Shown piece after piece: positions 63,011 to 64,000 of a DNA stretch of 64,000 nt. How positions within the stretch are numbered: the stretch's first letter is position 1; each line of letters begins with the position of its first letter. The position numbers and the translations under genes are program-made. Source of the DNA: Leptothrix ochracea. Its GTDB lineage: Bacteria > Pseudomonadota > Gammaproteobacteria > Burkholderiales > Burkholderiaceae_C. The notes under the pieces were generated by a model. That model had not been told where the DNA came from, searched no databases, and worked only from the letters and a program-made list of their open reading frames with translations. The stretch covers positions 19,529 through 83,528 of the forward strand of contig NZ_JBFPHB010000013.1 in the NCBI RefSeq assembly GCF_041083635.1, read 5' to 3'.

Positions 63011-64000
63011 ATGGCAAAAAACCCGACTCCTCTCAAATTTTTGGCCCCTGGCTGGTACGCCATCGTCATGGGCTTGGCTGGTTTATCGCTGGCATGGCAA
63101 CGCGCCACCCCCTTCATGGGCGAACAAGCCAACATGGTCGCATGGGCCCTTGGTGGCTTGGCCGTGGTCGTTTTTGCGGTCTTGGCACTCCTCACCGTGA
63201 TCCGTGGTCAACGCTATCCTGAGGCTTGGGCCGACGATCGCCGTCACCCGGTGCGCCACACGTTCATTGCCACCTTGCCCATCTCTATGTTGTTGCTGGC
63301 GACCGTGGCCGTGGCGTTGAACGGGGTGAGTGAACCCGCACGTTGGCTTTGGTGGATGGGCAGCCTCGGGCAGTTTGTCGTCTCGATTTGGGTGCTGGCT
63401 CGCTGGTGGCTCGGCCCGCAAGCGGGTGGCTTGGTCTGGGCCAGCGTCACCCCGGCTCTTTTGATTCCGATCGTCGGCAATGTGATCGCGCCCTTGGCGG
63501 GTGTCCCCTTGGGCCATACCGAGTGGGCGGCGGCGCAATTTGGCATTGGCTTGCTCTTTTGGCCGATCATCTTGGCCCTTCTCGTCATCCGCGTGGCGAT
63601 CCAAGGTTTGTGGCCTGAACGATTCATGCCAACGCTGTTCATTTTGATCGCCCCGCCAGGCGTTGGTGGGTTGGCCCTGCTGCAACTTGGCGCACCGAGT
63701 TTGGTGGGATGGGCGCTTTGGGGAATCGCCTTTTTCAGTTTTGTGTGGATCGCGACCCAGATGCCACGCATCACTGGCCTGCCCTTTTCGCCCATGCACT
63801 GGGCGATGTCGTTCCCAATGACCGCCTTGGTTGCCTTGACGTTGAAGCTGGCCACGCCCGGCAGCGGTATGGGTTTGCTGGGCATCACCTTGCTGGCGGC
63901 GACCTCCTTGATCGTCTTGAGCTTGGTCACCGCCACCATCCGGGGTTTGCGTGAGGGCACCCTCCTCGCTCCCGAGCAGATTGCCGTGATTCAGCCCACT
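63011..64000 (+). CDS. TDT (TehA/SLAC1) family anion transporter, 3' end off window
   Basis: Manual translation MAKNPTPLKFLAPGWYAIVMGLAGLSLAW..FIPIVGNV..WAMSFP; many TM helices. Confidence 0.85.
   Translation, partial: MAKNPTPLKFLAPGWYAIVMGLAGLSLAWQRATPFMGEQANMVAWALGGLAVVVFAVLALLTVIRGQRYPEAWADDRRHPVRHTFIATLPISMLLLATVAVALNGVSEPARWLWWMGSLGQFVVSIWVLARWWLGPQAGGLVWASVTPALLIPIVGNVIAPLAGVPLGHTEWAAAQFGIGLLFWPIILALLVIRVAIQGLWPERFMPTLFILIAPPGVGGLALLQLGAPSLVGWALWGIAFFSFVWIATQMPRITGLPFSPMHWAMSFPMTALVALTLKLATPGSGMGLLGITLLAATSLIVLSLVTATIRGLREGTLLAPEQIAVIQPT

Noticed and set aside
51488-64000. Genomic island integrated at tRNA-Phe
   Set aside because: No integrase and no duplicated tRNA 3' end seen within the window
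1-64000. CRISPR arrays, IS elements, rRNA
   Set aside because: No repeat-spacer periodicity, transposase motifs or rRNA-like sequence seen

Overview
High-GC betaproteobacterial (Burkholderiales-like) chromosome segment. Bases 1-51.6 kb are mostly core genes: glnA-ntrBC with a sigma54 promoter and NtrC enhancer, galU, valS, rppH, proS, ubiX, grxD, hemA-prfA-prmC, aspS, ubiJ-ubiB, galE, proA, queC, rsmB, an NtrY/NtrX (PlrS/PlrR-like) pair and tRNA-Phe. A small accessory cassette (membrane protein, FGE-like protein, vapBC) sits at 22.2-24.2 kb. The last 12 kb holds the two best candidates for undescribed systems. (1) A three-gene envelope operon: a 57-aa lipoprotein, separated by one in-frame TGA from a 765-aa, 12-Cys secreted protein, then a TonB/TolA-like membrane protein. 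(2) A sulfide-response island: a FisR-type sigma54 activator, a cytochrome bd operon carrying extra small ORFs and a degenerate persulfide dioxygenase, a DUF442-SQR fusion and a TDT transporter. The two intergenic control regions of this island share 10-bp-phased TG(T/C)CA arrays placed about 100-150 bp upstream of sigma54-like promoters with a non-canonical -12 box. No CRISPR array, transposase or integrase was seen. All family calls come from motif recognition by eye; no searches were run.
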